Below are positions 28,983-43,696 of a stretch of 64,000 nucleotides of DNA, piece by piece. A program made the translations under genes and the position numbers. This DNA is from the human T2T-CHM13v2.0 reference genome, Homo sapiens, in the NCBI RefSeq assembly GCF_009914755.1, contig NC_060930.1; one strand, 5' to 3'. The notes under the pieces were generated by a model. It was not told the origin of the DNA. It did not search any database and saw only the letters and a program-made list of their open reading frames with translations. Position 1 is the stretch's first letter; each line of letters opens with the position of its first letter.

Positions 28983-30497
28983 TTAAAAAGCTTTTCACAG
29001 GAAAGGAAACAATCAAAAAGGGAAGAGACACCCCACAGAGTGGAAGAAAATATTTGCAAACTATCTATTTGACAAGGGAATAATAATGAATATGTAAGGA
29101 GCACAAACAGCTCTATAGGAAAATATCTAATGATCTGATTTTGAAACGGGCAAAAGGTCTAAATAAACAGTTCTCAAAAGAATACATACAAATGTCAAAT
29201 AGGTATATGAAAAGGTGCTCACCATCATTGATTATCAGAGAAATGCAAATCAAAACTACAATGAGATATCATCTCACCCCCGTTAAAATGGCTTTTATCC
29301 AAAAGTCAGGCAATAACAAATGCTGGTGAGGATGTAGAGAAAAGGAAACCCTTGTACAATGCTGGTGGGAATGTTAATTAGTACAACTACTATGGAGAAC
29401 AGTATGAAGGTTCTATAAAATCCTGAAAATAGAACTACCATATGATCCTAGAATACCACTGCTAGGTATATACTCAAAAGAAAGGAAACTAAATGTAGCA
29501 AAGAGATATCTGCACTATTATATTTATTACAGCACTAGTTACAACAGCTTTGGAAGCAACCTAAGTGTCGATCAACAGACAAATGAATCAAGAAAATGTG
29601 GTATGTATGCACAATGGAGAACGACTCAGCCATAAAAAAGAATGAGATCTTGCTATTTGCTACAACATGGATGGAAATGGAAGAAATTAAGTGAAATAAG
29701 CGAGGGACAAAAAGACAGACTTTGTGTGTTCTCATTTGTGGAAGCTAAACATTAAAACAACTGAACTCACAGAGATAAATGGTAGGATGATGGTTATCAG
29801 CAGCTGGGAAGAGTAGTGCAAGTGGTGGTGGGGATGGAGGGAGTAGGGATGGTTAACGGTACAGAAAAATAACTAGAATAAGATCTCATATTTGATAGTA
29901 CAACAGGTTGACTACAGTCAACAATTTATTGTACATTTAAAAATAACTAAAAGAGTATAACTGGATTGTTTGTTACACAAAGAAAGAATAAATGCTTGTG
30001 GTAATGAACACCCCATTTACTCTGATGTGATTATGTATTATATGCCTGTATCAAAATATTTCACATACCCCATAAATATATATAGCCACTAGAGATCCAC
30101 AACAAATTTTTTTAAAATTATTAACATTTGAAAAATCCAAGTGAAGGGTACATGGGAATTCTTTGTCCTATTCTTGCAACTTTTCAGCTTTTCTGTAGGT
30201 CTGACATTATGTATGTGAAAATTTTTAGAAAGATTTACATTAGACAAATGTAAATTAAAACCACAATGAGATACTATCTCACACCAGTCAGAAAGGCTCT
30301 TATTAAAACGTCAAAAAATAACAGACGCTGGGTGAGTTTGCAGAGAAAAGGCAACGCTTATATATTGCTGGTGGGCATGTAAATTAGTCACAGTGGAAAG
30401 CAGTTTGGTGATTTATCAAAGAACTTGAAACAGCAGTACCATTTGACCCAACAATACCATTATTGGGTATATATCCAAAGAAATATAAATTGTTCTA

Positions 30498-30865
<368 letters not shown>

Positions 30866-30908
30866 TCAACCTAGATGCCCATCAATGGTAGGCACGATAA
30901 AGAAAATG

Positions 30909-31346
30909 GGCACTGTCTGCTCTTACAAGACCATTCCAGCACATTGTTGGTTGGATACACAGGTCTGGATCTCAGCATGAGGTCCGAAGATGATAGATCG
31001 ATTTGGCAGGCAACAAGCTGTGTATTTTAAAACCGCTAAACTGTGTTGAGTTTTGCTTTTTGCTCCAGAACTTGGTCAACTAAAAAAAATATATATTCCA
31101 TTTTGCTGCTAAAAGGCATATATATTGTGCAGATGTTGTATGCAGTGTCTATTTGATCAGGTTTTTTCATTCTGTACAAGTTTTCCACGTCCCTATTGAT
31201 TGAATTCTTTGTCTGCTTGTCTTATTAATTACTGAGAGATGTATTCCTTTTGTTGTGGGTTTGTTTTAGTTGTATATATATTTGTGACCATGCTATTTTA
31301 AGTGAATAAAAAGTGAAGTATCTTTCAAAAAAAAAAAAAAAAAAGA
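30909..31346 (+). pseudogene. Orphan polyadenylated retro-insertion (truncated retrocopy of a 3'UTR/lncRNA end, or orphan L1 transduction)
   Basis: AATAAA 31305-31310, A18 at 31327-31344, TSD aaagaaaatg at 30899-30908 and 31347-31356; splits the continuous L1 sequence gataaagaaaatgtggtacatatacacc. Confidence 0.8.
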
Positions 31347-32879
31347 AAAGAAAATGTGGTACATATACACCATGGAATACTATGCAGCCATAAAAAAGAA
31401 CAGCATCATGTCCTCTGCAGCAACATGGATGGAGATGGAGGCAGTTATCCTAAGTGAACTAATGCAGGAACGGAAAACCAAATACTGCATGTTCTCACTC
31501 ACATTGAGTACACATGGACACCAAGAAGGGAACAACAGACACCAAGGCCTTCTTGAGGGTGAAGGGCGGGAGGGGGGTGAGGACTAAAATACTACCTATT
31601 GGGTACCATGCTTTATTACCTGGTGACACAATAATCTATATACCAAACCCCGGGAACACATTATTTACCTACATAACAAACCTGCACATGTACCCTTGAT
31701 ATAAAAGTATTTTACAAATTAAATTAAATTTAAAAATATTTAAACCAAGGCCACTGAATCCCTATTTATTATTGATAGTTAAAAAAAATGAATGCGACAT
31801 TTGGCTCCTTTATACTCACAGGAACATTAGTTAAAATGGAAAAAAATTGAATGTAAAACATACCAAAACAAAACAAAAAAAAGTTTTTCTAAAAATACAC
31901 TGACGTTTTCTCCAAAGCAAAAGATACAAAAAGAAAGAAAGTAAACTTCTTACCTACTCCCTTCTCCATTTCTATTACAACTGTCTTGCTGTAAACTTCA
32001 GAGGAAATAGGAAAATGGATTCTTTTACATAGTGGCCTACCTTCAGATATTTTTAACCTTTTTTCAACAGAAAAAAATCAGATTGATTTGATCAGATGGA
32101 ATAAATTGTCAGATGCCTAATTTAAAACTGGCCAGAAATAAATATGAAAATTGAGCAAAGAGCAATTTGAAGGTGAAACTTGCTGGCTCTGTGTGGCAAA
32201 GGGTGATAGAATCTCTCTTATCTAGAGCAGCAGGTGCTGAGCTGGGGGAATTTCTGGGAGCAATTTCTTGAGACCACGCATCAGTTGACTTGAGATTCTT
32301 ATTCTTGGCTCACGCGAAGCCCTGAAATATCCATCTCAAGTGAGTCCAGCATTCCCCTCCTAGGGCCAGGACAGACCTCACATTGAGCAGCTTGAGCCCT
32401 ATTAAGAACTGGCACTATTCTTAAACACAAAAGCAAAAAGAAATATTTCTCATACTTTTTCTCCTAAAGTAAAATAAAAGCTAACTAAACATTATCTTAT
32501 TAAATAGTAAAGTATAGTAATTTTGAATTATGGAGTAAAGGCTACTTTAGTTGGATCCTGGCATAACTTAGCATCATTATTGTTGTGACGGCCATTTGCA
32601 ATGGAAGAAAAGAGTCCCATTTCTCTCTGCCCATGGTCATTCTGGTATGATGTAGATGTATTTATTTAATGCTTTCTTTGCCACCTAAATTATTAAACTC
32701 TTAGACAATAAGTAGAATTCCTCGGCTTTCTTCACCAATATCTTGCACAACAGAATTTAGGGTTGGGAAGTCATTTTCTTAATCAATTGAGGGTTGTTTT
32801 CTGTACTTGAATATAGATATTTGTTCAGTGATTCTTAAACCGTGAATCATAATATTGCTTAAACTGTGATTAATCTTAA

Positions 32880-33191
<312 letters not shown>

Positions 33192-33708
33192 CATGTTCAA
33201 CGATTCTTAAGCTGTGAATCGTAACATTAATATTCTTAATCACTTATTTCAAAGCTTCTACTGTAGCTCAGGATTTACCAAGAGTGTGCTCTGATATTGG
33301 AAAGTTCTGATATTAAATGTATATGAAAAATGGTATGAATTGTGTCTCTTAGAGAATTTTAACACATATATTAAATGTCTTGAGGAATCTTACAGTAAAG
33401 CAAGCAACTCAATAAGGTCTCTAAACTTACTTGACTGAGGATGTTCCTTTTCCTCAATATTTATTAATCTACTGATAGTTCTGGGATACACTTTACAAAT
33501 GTCATTACATTATGTTTATTAGTTTTATTATTGCAGGATTGTCTTTAAAAGATATAGTTACACAATATTGTTTCGACACGACATTTCCCATAAAATGAAT
33601 ACCATGTGGCAGTAAATTCTCTTTGTAAATCAAATGTACCAGGATAAGCACATTAATTGGAAATTTAGGGGAAATCAAATTTAGAGGGTCACCTGATTGC
33701 TTTAGTAG

Positions 33709-34089
<381 letters not shown>

Positions 34090-35625
34090 CTATAATGCAT
34101 TTTCACAGATGACAAAAATAGATATTAAACTCCATTAGTAGGCTCCACAAGTTGTGGACAAACATTTTTTTCTCCTCCTAGAACCTTGTGAAACATCAAG
34201 TACATCTAATAGACCAATTAGAGTAATAAACCATCACAGCCTGCTTGCTGCTGTATCTACACAAACTGTTGTAAGAACAAGTGCAACTGATTGCAAATGA
34301 AAATTCTCTAAATCCTAGATACAGGAAGAACTAGAGCAGCTATCTGCTGAGTTCACTAAAGTCAATGCCAAAATCTAGGAGCTATATATTTAAATAAAAG
34401 TGATGTGGGGAGGGGAAAGAAAGGTGAAAAAATTATGTTTGAATCCTTAATGAAGATCTACATTATGTGCCCGGCAAAATCATGAACACCAGAATGAAGG
34501 CTCCTTCCCTGGCAAAAGCAAGAACAGGACAGAAGGCTACCACATGTAAGATGAAGGCTCCCTGCAAACAGGAGAGTTGCAGGTGTGATAGCTAGAGTAT
34601 CTTTCACAGCCCTTTAAGTCTCTAAATAATGTGAGTGTATCAACTGTTTTCAAATTAAATTCTCTGTATATAATTTCACTAATAGCAACCATATGGGAAG
34701 CATCTGTAGCTTTCCTCAATTCTAATTTTCATAGGCAGAAGAGACACTGACAAAAATAGCCCCACAATCTCAGAGAGCCACAGCAGACTGACCTAGTTAG
34801 ATTCTGCAGGCTGAGTGCATCTGAGCTGGCTTAATCCTGCCCTAGCTTTGAGGCTGTGGTTATGCCCCAGAGCTCAGACCTTAGGGTTCATTGGGTCTTG
34901 TGAATTTACAGTTTACAGGTCACTTGGGTATTTGAAACCATTTTGGTGCGGATCTGATTGAACCACCTAAGGCTATCCCAAAATCAACTCTCTGTAATAG
35001 GAAGATATCTGAAATCATCATTCTCAAAACAACAAAAATTTAAATAAACAAAATGGCAAATGTTAAAATGGAAAAGTATCTATAACACATTTGACAAAAG
35101 GTAAGTAAACTTTATTTATAAAAGGTTAAACATCCCAATAAAAATGTCAGAAGAAATATGTAATTGACAAAAGAAAGGAAAGTGCTAACAAGTATACAAA
35201 ATATGTAACATCACCAGTAATCAAATAAATGCAAACTAAAACATAAACCACCTATGGAAGGGGCAGGATTGAAAAATCAAAAACATAAAATAAACCACCA
35301 TTTCTTTGCCCATGACATTGACAAGTGGTGGGGAGAGGTGGAAAAGTATGTTTGAATCCTTAATGAAGAAATCCTAAATAAGTGGATACCCATCTTAACC
35401 ATTGCAGAAGAATGTTTCAAAAATGCTTCTGCTGTAAACTGTAAAGAAAATGGGTTGTAAAATCATATATGTAATGATATGCCAGATTTGTAAACACACA
35501 CATACGATAGAGTTTATAAAGACCAGAATAATAAATACCAAAATGTTGACATAGTTATACAGAGATGGTAGGGATTATAGATGATTTAGAAACAATTTAA
35601 ATTTTTTTACTTTCTAAATAAATAT

Positions 35626-35922
35626 GGCCAGGTGCAGTGGCTCACACCTGTAATCCCAGCACTTTGGGAGACCAAGGTGGAAGGACTGCTTGAGGCCAGG
35701 AATCCTGGGTAACATAGCGAGATCCCGTTTCTGCAAAAATTTAAAGAAAAAAAAAATTAGCCAGGCATGGTGGTGTGTGCTTGTAGTCCCAGATATTCAA
35801 GAGGCTGAGCAGGGAGGATTGCTTAAGCCCAGGAGTTCGAGGCTGCAATGAGCTATGAGCGTGCGACTGAGCTCCCACCTGGGAGACAGAGCATGACTTG
35901 ATCTCCAGGAAAAAAAAAAAAA
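35626..35922 (+). mobile_element. AluJ
   Basis: Diverged dimeric Alu with a small left-arm deletion and polyA. Confidence 0.9.
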
Positions 35923-36615
35923 TTGTATTTCTTTTCTCATCAGAAAAATGCATGTTACATTCACAATATTTAGGCAGTTAACAACTGAGAGATGTCTAGA
36001 GGCGATTTCTGTTCACAATTTTCTGTGTTCCAGTTGTTAATGATGGCACAAAAGATGCTTGAAGTTGGACCATTAACATGGACACGCACTTCATACGCTA
36101 ATATACAGAGCGGAAAGTCCTCTGTTAAGAGTCATACTTATTCTGGGAAAAGGGCCTCTCAAAAAATTTCAAAAGGACAGTATTATTGCGAAAGGGCGGC
36201 TTATGCTTTATTTACTTTCACATTATGTTCATATTTAGCTAATTGTAACATCTTACAAAAGGCAAATTTCTATGACGATTTTCTTTTCAAAGTCACTTTT
36301 TAAAGTTTTAAGTAGTTTCTAGATAATATTCTTGTACAAGCTTTTCCAGTTTTGGGAAAAACCATATGCTAAGTGTTAACTTCTCTCACATTTTTATTCA
36401 CTTTTTAAAGTTTTATGGTAGTAGTGACACTATCTTGGCATTATTTCACAAAGCTTTTTTTGGGTATCAACTGTAGGAGAAGAAAACAATATGTTTTCCA
36501 TGTTTATTTTATGAAGACAATATGCTCCAAGAAAAAACTTATCACACAAAATTCTACTTTTGTTTATAAAAGAAAAAATAATAGTGTCTCCTCCAGTAAA
36601 GCAACAAAATATTGA

Positions 36616-36939
<324 letters not shown>

Positions 36940-37139
36940 GCTAGGTACTTCTTAATAAAGTTCTTAGATGCAATGAGAAATAACTAATAGCACATAATAG
37001 GAAACACATGCAAGTCATCGTTAGGAATCTTAAAATTTTAGGCATAATCTCAATCCCCAAACAGACAATGCTTACCCTCACCATCCCTCTTTTTTGCAAT
37101 GTTTTTACCAATTTCTGATGTTTATTATTTTAAAAATGT

Positions 37140-37250
37140 GTTTTTTAGGGACAGTGGTTTTACTATGTTGCCTAGGCTGGCCTCAAATTCCTGAGCTCAA
37201 GCAATCCTCCCAAGCAGCTGAGACTACAGAGGTGCCCACCACATCCAGCT
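37140..37250 (-). mobile_element. FLAM-like Alu monomer
   Basis: tactatgttgcctaggctggcctcaaattcctgagctcaagcaatcctcc. Confidence 0.8.
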
Positions 37251-37725
37251 CCGATTTCTGGTTTTAATAGGCACAGAAAGAGATCAGTAGGTGCTCATCT
37301 CCTTGAAAAACACCGCAAACCATTTCAAATAAGGACATATCTCTACCTTCCAAGAGTAGACTAGTTGTATTTTTTTTTTATGAGATTTCATAATTCACCT
37401 TGCCATCTGTTGGGGGGAAGGGGAACCAATGCATGTTGTACTGACAGGTAAGGAATTGTATAAATTCGCTTGTATCCTGAAAAACAACTCATGAAAATCC
37501 TCAGCTAGAAAAAAAAGTATGTTTCTTTTGCTATTAACCAGCAAATACTCGATTAATATCTGTCCTTTTATCCCGAACATTAATGATTCCTTTTTTTCTT
37601 TTCCATTCTTGCCTAGGCCTGTAACTTTGTCTTACCTCTTCATACTATTTATTTAGTTTATTTGGCAACAATATACTCTAGGAAATTCTTACCTCATTAC
37701 AATGCTCTGTAACATCAGGTTTCTT

Positions 37726-38025
37726 TTTTTTTTTTTTTTTTTTTGGCAGACTCTCGCTCTGTCACCCAGGCTGGAGTGCAGTGGCGCAATCTGAGCTCAC
37801 TGCAACCTTTGCTTCCTGGGTTCAAGTGAGTCTTGTGTCTCAGCCTCCTGAGTAGCTGGGACTACAGGCACGTGCCACCACATCCAGCTAATTTTTATAA
37901 TTTTCAGTAGAGACAGGGTTTCACCATGTTGGCCGGGCTGGTCTTGAACTCCTGACCCCAGGTGATCCACCCACCTTGGCCTCCTAAAGTGCTGGGATTA
38001 CAGGCGTGAGTCACCGCACCTGGCC
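37726..38025 (-). mobile_element. AluSx-like
   Basis: Perfect 18-bp TSD tgtaacatcaggtttctt (37708, 38026). Confidence 0.94.
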
Positions 38026-39433
38026 TGTAACATCAGGTTTCTTATACTGAGGACCTTGATGATCCTGGAGACAAATCCCCATGGCAGTCTCCTGCCTTCT
38101 ACCATGGATGGATATATCAATTTGCCACAGAGATTCATAAGACACTTGTGAACTGAAGTCAGCCAAATATATACAATTCCTCTTCCAGATATATATATAA
38201 GCTGGCACAAGATAGCCTGTGAGTTTGTAAAAAGTAAAAAATCCTTCTATGTCTACATGAAAAGTCACAATGAAATGCTCTAGCCATTAAGCCTTCAACA
38301 ATCACATGCTGTTATTATTAACCCTGTGGTTATTATTAAGTTCTTTCAAAATAGAAGTGGCAGAAGCAACCCAAAGAGCCAAGAATAGAAAATCATTATT
38401 ATAAGATTCAGGAACATCACACTTAAAAGCCATCAGGAAGATTTTCTTAAGTAGCTGAATAAAATCTTAATAATATAATTTAGTTATGACAAATACAAGA
38501 TCCAAGGAAAAGCCACTTCCATCATACTTACTATATTGTTTTAATGATACAAATATGCCAAACGATGTCATTAAGATACTGTATGATCTTAGTTAAACTT
38601 AGCTGGTTATCATGCTCTCATATTATTCTCACACCTCATCACCTGTTTTTTGATTCAGTACACTCTTAATGCCCTTTTCTCAATAATTCAAGCCACAAAG
38701 GATCTGATGAGTGTTTTCTCACTCTAATTATTAAGTTGACTACAATTCAATATTATCAACCAACACATGAATTGCTTCTTTAGGACATTTGAATTTTACT
38801 TCTCTAGTAGCAAAGCAAAAATGGGATCCCTCAGGTACCTGATTTCAGACGTCAGCACATAGCATGATCTTTCAGGGTGTGAGTCTGAATTCATCCTTTT
38901 GGGATAAGTGGAAGTGGAAAAACATATGTGCCTGTCTCCCCAGCTACCTACCTGTGCTGCTTGGAAGATGAGCCAAGCTCGGCACTAAGGTATATTCCCA
39001 TCATCACTGCTTCTGTGGGCCTGAGTCCCGCTCTCTCACACCTATAGGTCTGTCTGACAGGCCCTTGCCTGTAGACTCTCATCCTACATCCCCTCCAGAG
39101 CTCATCTTATCCCCCAAAAATCCCTTTCCCTTCTCCCCATAATCACTCCTCTTTCAGATGCAGACTTCATGCTGCAAAGACTTTGGCATTACTGTTGTTA
39201 GGACTTTGTGATGTCTTTGAACTTTTTTATGAAGTCCTAGAATCCATCTCTACTCTCCTATGTCATTTCTGCCTAGAATAATGATGCTTCTGAAAGTGAA
39301 AGGTGTTAACTATATAAATTCTCACAGACTATTAAACCTGTTTTTAACTGGTAGCATTTTTTTAATTAAAAAACGTAAAAATTACACCATAAGAGACTAA
39401 CATTTGAACAGGTTTTCTTCATTGTACTTTGTG

Positions 39434-39509
39434 TTAAGCTGAACAACATGAAATTGTCATGTTAGGTCAAAAATGGACAAGTAGGGCAATTTCATATAAT
39501 TCAATCTAA
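39434..39509 (+). mobile_element. MADE2 (mariner-derived MITE)
   Basis: ttaagctgaacaacatgaaattgtc...taggtcaaaaatgg...ggcaatttcatataattcaatctaa|TA; about 76-bp imperfect palindrome. Confidence 0.8.
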
Positions 39510-40269
39510 TATCTGACCCAATTTATGCCAATGATTTTAAGTGCCAGGATGAGCTGTTTGTGCAAAGACAGATGACAACCAGCAAGCCTCTTCTTCCTAG
39601 GACAAAGCTGTTTATGACTAGTGACCTAGATTTCTCACCCTGTGGTGCCCAAACCCAGTCTGTTCAATGGCATCACCCGGTTTATCATGACAACTACTTC
39701 AGGCGGTGGGCAGCCATTACTCACACAGCAGCAGAGATGAAGAACCACCACCCTGTGGGCAAACCTGTATCCCTGTGCAAGGAACAAAACTGAAGAATAA
39801 AACATAATAAAAGTAGAGCTTTACTATAATCTCTCCTATCTTATTTTCTTTTCAAAATCATTTTTATAATGTGAGTCTAACACTCAATTAGTGGGTTATA
39901 TTGATTGAATGGAAATCCTAGATTTAAATACAGAAATAGACTGAAAAGTCAATACATTAAAATGATGCTCCTGTAATCCTGCCCACGTGATTGGCTGGCT
40001 CTCTTTGGTTTCAGATTCTGATCTGAAAGAATGGCATTTACAGGAAAACAGCAGAATAAACATGTTATAAATGCATTAAGTCTACATAACAAATAGTCAC
40101 CCAGAGCTACTCCATAATTAATCATCTGTATCTCAACATTCAGCTAAGTTACTAGGGAAACTGGGGAGAGCGGGGGGAAATACATTTTCTCTGTTATGCT
40201 CCTCAACCCATGAGTTTATATTCCAAAAGAAGGTGATTAGGACATGTAAACAAATAGCTATAATGCAAG

Positions 40270-40407
40270 ACAGAGGTCCCCTCTCTGGGCCAGGGGCAGG
40301 GGGTGGGGGGAGAGATGATTTCAGGATGAAACTGTCATACCTCAGATCATCAGGCATTAGTTAGATTCTCATAAGGAGTGCACAACCTAGATCCCTTGCG
40401 TGAGCAG
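40270..40407. mobile_element. MER1-like hAT-Charlie fragment
   Basis: gatgaaactgtcatacctcagatcatcaggcattag...ttctcataaggagtgcacaacctagatccct. Confidence 0.8.
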
Positions 40408-41318
40408 ACATTATGGAATATATATACTATAGGCAGTAAATACAACACACTTGTAATCACTTCCTTTACAGTCTTTGGATTCAGTAATATGAACACAGTT
40501 ATCTCTAAGCCGGGAAGTACACCTAGTATCTTTACAGTGACTATTAAGTATTTTTGAACTCAAAGTATATATTCATCTTAAACTCCTGGAACTATGAACC
40601 CTCCCATGTAATTTTCTGATGAATGAAAAGGAAAACTTTCTTTCAAATAAGTGTCATCTGTTGCAAAAGTATGTGATTTAAAAACACATGTAAATATAAT
40701 CTTAGCTCTAATGTTTTCCTTTGGGAGTTTGGGAAAAAGCAGTTACATTTCTCTGTTGTCTGGTTTTTATCATTTGAAAATTGGAAGATTCATTCTGATT
40801 GCTGAGCTGCATCAGTAGGGTTTAACTGATTTTGAAATTACAGTATAAAGGGCAATATTTCCATAAAAGAATAAAATACAGAAAAGTAATGAAAATAAAA
40901 TTATGCATCTTAACTTAGCTAGATGAACCCAAGAAATTTTCCTGAAAACCAAGAGATAAAGAAATGGCGAATGATATATTCATTCAAAGTATTCTCAGGA
41001 GCAAAGGCAGTGGCTTACACCAAAGCCTGTTAGAGTATTATTAAATAAAGTACTTAATGTCTGTCTACTTGGAAGGAAGAAACACCACTGGACAGAAATA
41101 GTGTATATATATTTGTATAATTTTATTATGTAAAATTAATAAATCCTTTGTCCTAGAACTAAAAATTGTTTTTGGGAAGAAAATAAGATTGGAAAAATTC
41201 TTTTGAATAAAATAATATAAACCATAAAACTGTTATACTTAATAGTGCCAAGAAATGATGTGAAAGCATTGTCTCATGTGTCTTCCCAGTTTTTTTTTTG
41301 TGCTCTTTTCTTCTTTCC

Positions 41319-41617
41319 TTTTTTTTTTTTTTTTTTTGAGACGGAGTTTCACTCTTGTTGCCCAGGCTGGAGTGCAATGGCACGATCCGGCTCACGGCAA
41401 CCTCTGCCTCCTGGGTTCAAGCGATTCTCCTGCCTCAGCCTCCCGAGTAGCTGGGATTACAGGCATGTGCCACCACGTCTGGCTAATTTTTGTATTTTTA
41501 GAAGAGACGGGGTTTCTCCATGTTGGTCAGTCTGGTCTCGAACTCCTGACCTCAGGTGATCCGCCCACCTTGGCCTTCCAAAGTGCTGGGATTACAGCCA
41601 TAAGCCACCGCACCGGC
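41319..41617 (-). mobile_element. AluSp
   Basis: gagtttcactcttgttgcc, gcaatgg and ggtttctccatgttggtcag diagnostics; TSD ttcttctttcctttttt. Confidence 0.92.
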
Positions 41618-41624
41618 TTCTTCT

Positions 41625-41777
41625 TTCCTTTTTTAAAGAGGTCTCACTCTGTCCCCTAGGCTGGAGTGCAATGGCTTGAACATTGTTCACTACAGCCTGG
41701 ACTTCCTGGGCTCAAGGGATCCTGTCTCAGACACTGGATCAGGTGGGGCTACAGGAGCGCACTTGCCACACCTGGCT
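41625..41777 (-). mobile_element. AluJ right arm / FRAM fragment
   Basis: ggtctcactctgtcccctaggctggagtgc...cctgggctcaagggatcct. Confidence 0.8.
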
Positions 41778-42069
41778 TCTATTTTCAACTTTTGAAGAAG
41801 GGAGACTAAGAGACCATCTGTCAGTTAAACCCTCCCCTTAGAAGTCATAATTCTACAATGATTATCTCAAAGTTTTGCAAAGTAATTCCTATGAAACATG
41901 TTGAAAAACCCATACCGAGAGCATTGTATCGTTCTCATTGGGATTCAATTATTTTTCAAAACTCTCAGACATATGTGATAAAGGCTTCCCATCTGCAGTT
42001 TTATCTCCCCATAAGTCTAAGAATGGCATTAGACTCTAACACCCTATAGTACTCTATAGCAAGGCAACG

Positions 42070-42185
42070 TAAGTTGAAATCCAGCTGTAATGGGAGACTA
42101 TTATTTAAGCTTTGAGCTTCAGGTTTCATGTCTGTAAAATGGGGAAGGCACAACCTACCGACCTCTCAGGTTATAAGTAATTACA
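42070..42185 (+). mobile_element. MIR fragment
   Basis: ttcaggtttcatgtctgtaaaatgggg. Confidence 0.55.
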
Positions 42186-42696
42186 ACCTTTAGAGTTCTT
42201 AATACCTTACCATTTTTATTTGTACCATATAAAACCACTTTTCTTTTTTAGAGGCTGAAATCTATGACATGGAAGATAACTGGAAATAGCCTATCTTAGT
42301 GTAACAGGCAATCAGTATCATTGCAACGAATTAGTAGAACCAAGCGTGCTGAGTTGTGTGCCTTCAGTCTTGCAGCCTACCTAGAAATAGACTGTTACTT
42401 AGGAAACAGAAATGGGAAATGTGAAGATTTGCTACAAGAAAGGCTGCATTCATAGGGTGTGATATGCAGTAGCTAAATTAGAATTCTGACAGATTTAGTA
42501 ACAGATTTGGTGGCAGTTGTAACATTGAGTCTTTTATTTATTGTAAAAACTTACACTGATGTGCTCAGTTATTTTAGCAAACATATTTTACTTATATTGT
42601 CCTTGGGGTAAGATATATGGTTTTCTGGGGAGAAATCTCTGACTAGGCAAGATAGAAATACTTGTGCAGAAAAATTCACTGTTAAAAAAATCCTCT

Positions 42697-42800
42697 GGTT
42701 GCATAACAAGGTAAATGTACTTAATGCAACTGAACTATACATTTAAAAATGGTTAAAATGGTAAATTTTCTGTTATGTCTTTTACCATGATTAAGAAAAA
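42697..42800 (+). mobile_element. L1MB 3' terminal fragment
   Basis: gtaaatgtacttaatgcaactgaactatacatttaaaaatggttaaaatggtaaatttt. Confidence 0.8.
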
Positions 42801-43648
42801 TCCTTAAATAACCATTATCATCTCTCATTTCATGTACACTGAGGCTACAACTAATCCACAGGGATCCCTCATTATTAAGTCATGTCTACACGAGATGAAA
42901 GATTGTATTGACAGGATATAGACAAACTAGAAAAAAACTAGTCCTCAAAAGATGTCTCTCTCCTTAAGAAGGGGCCTAAAAACAAAACTTGAGATGACAA
43001 TTTCACACTGTGTCAAATCCTATGCATTAAATCAGTGGACAGAATATTTCCTTGAGAGCCTTTGAATCCAACAATACAGAGCATGGGTGTCCATAGATAC
43101 CACAGATGAAAGGTTATCTCCTGTACACACATACACACAAACAGAGAGAAATGAGAGACAGCATGACACCTCATTTTATAACACTAAGGTCATCACTAAA
43201 ACTTCTTATACAGCAGAACCAACCTGCTCAAAACACAAAATGAGGCCTAGCAGAAGCTCTACTTGGCCTCTGGAATTGTACTGACCCTCTTTATCTTTAC
43301 CATTACTGTCTTCTACCTATAGCCAGCACCTTCTATCTCCGTTGAATCTCTAAGACCCTGAAAGCTTGAACATGTAGAAAATTGATGGTTCTTCCAAGAA
43401 GAGGAGAAAGACCTTATTTAAGTCCATTATCTAACTTACTCCGAAAACTTTCCTAAATGGTGTTAAAACTTTCTCCAAGAGAAGACCAGGAGCTCTGAAT
43501 CCTCTCAGAAAAATGCATATCCAGGTGATTGTGTGTGGACCGTTCCAATTTGGTCATAGCTTACTTAAGTTCATTCTTGAACTCTAGTCTTCCAGATTCT
43601 GGGTTTAAATACATAGGTTTATTTTCATGACAAGTGAGAAGTGTGAGA

Positions 43649-43650
<2 letters not shown>

Positions 43651-43683
<33 letters not shown>

Positions 43684-43696
43684 AACACACACACAC
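43651..43696. repeat. (AC)15 plus imperfect extension
   Basis: Direct reading. Confidence 0.97.

Noticed and set aside
35992-36303. 103-aa ORF in unique sequence
   Set aside because: No recognisable homology or convincing donor site; length is compatible with chance.
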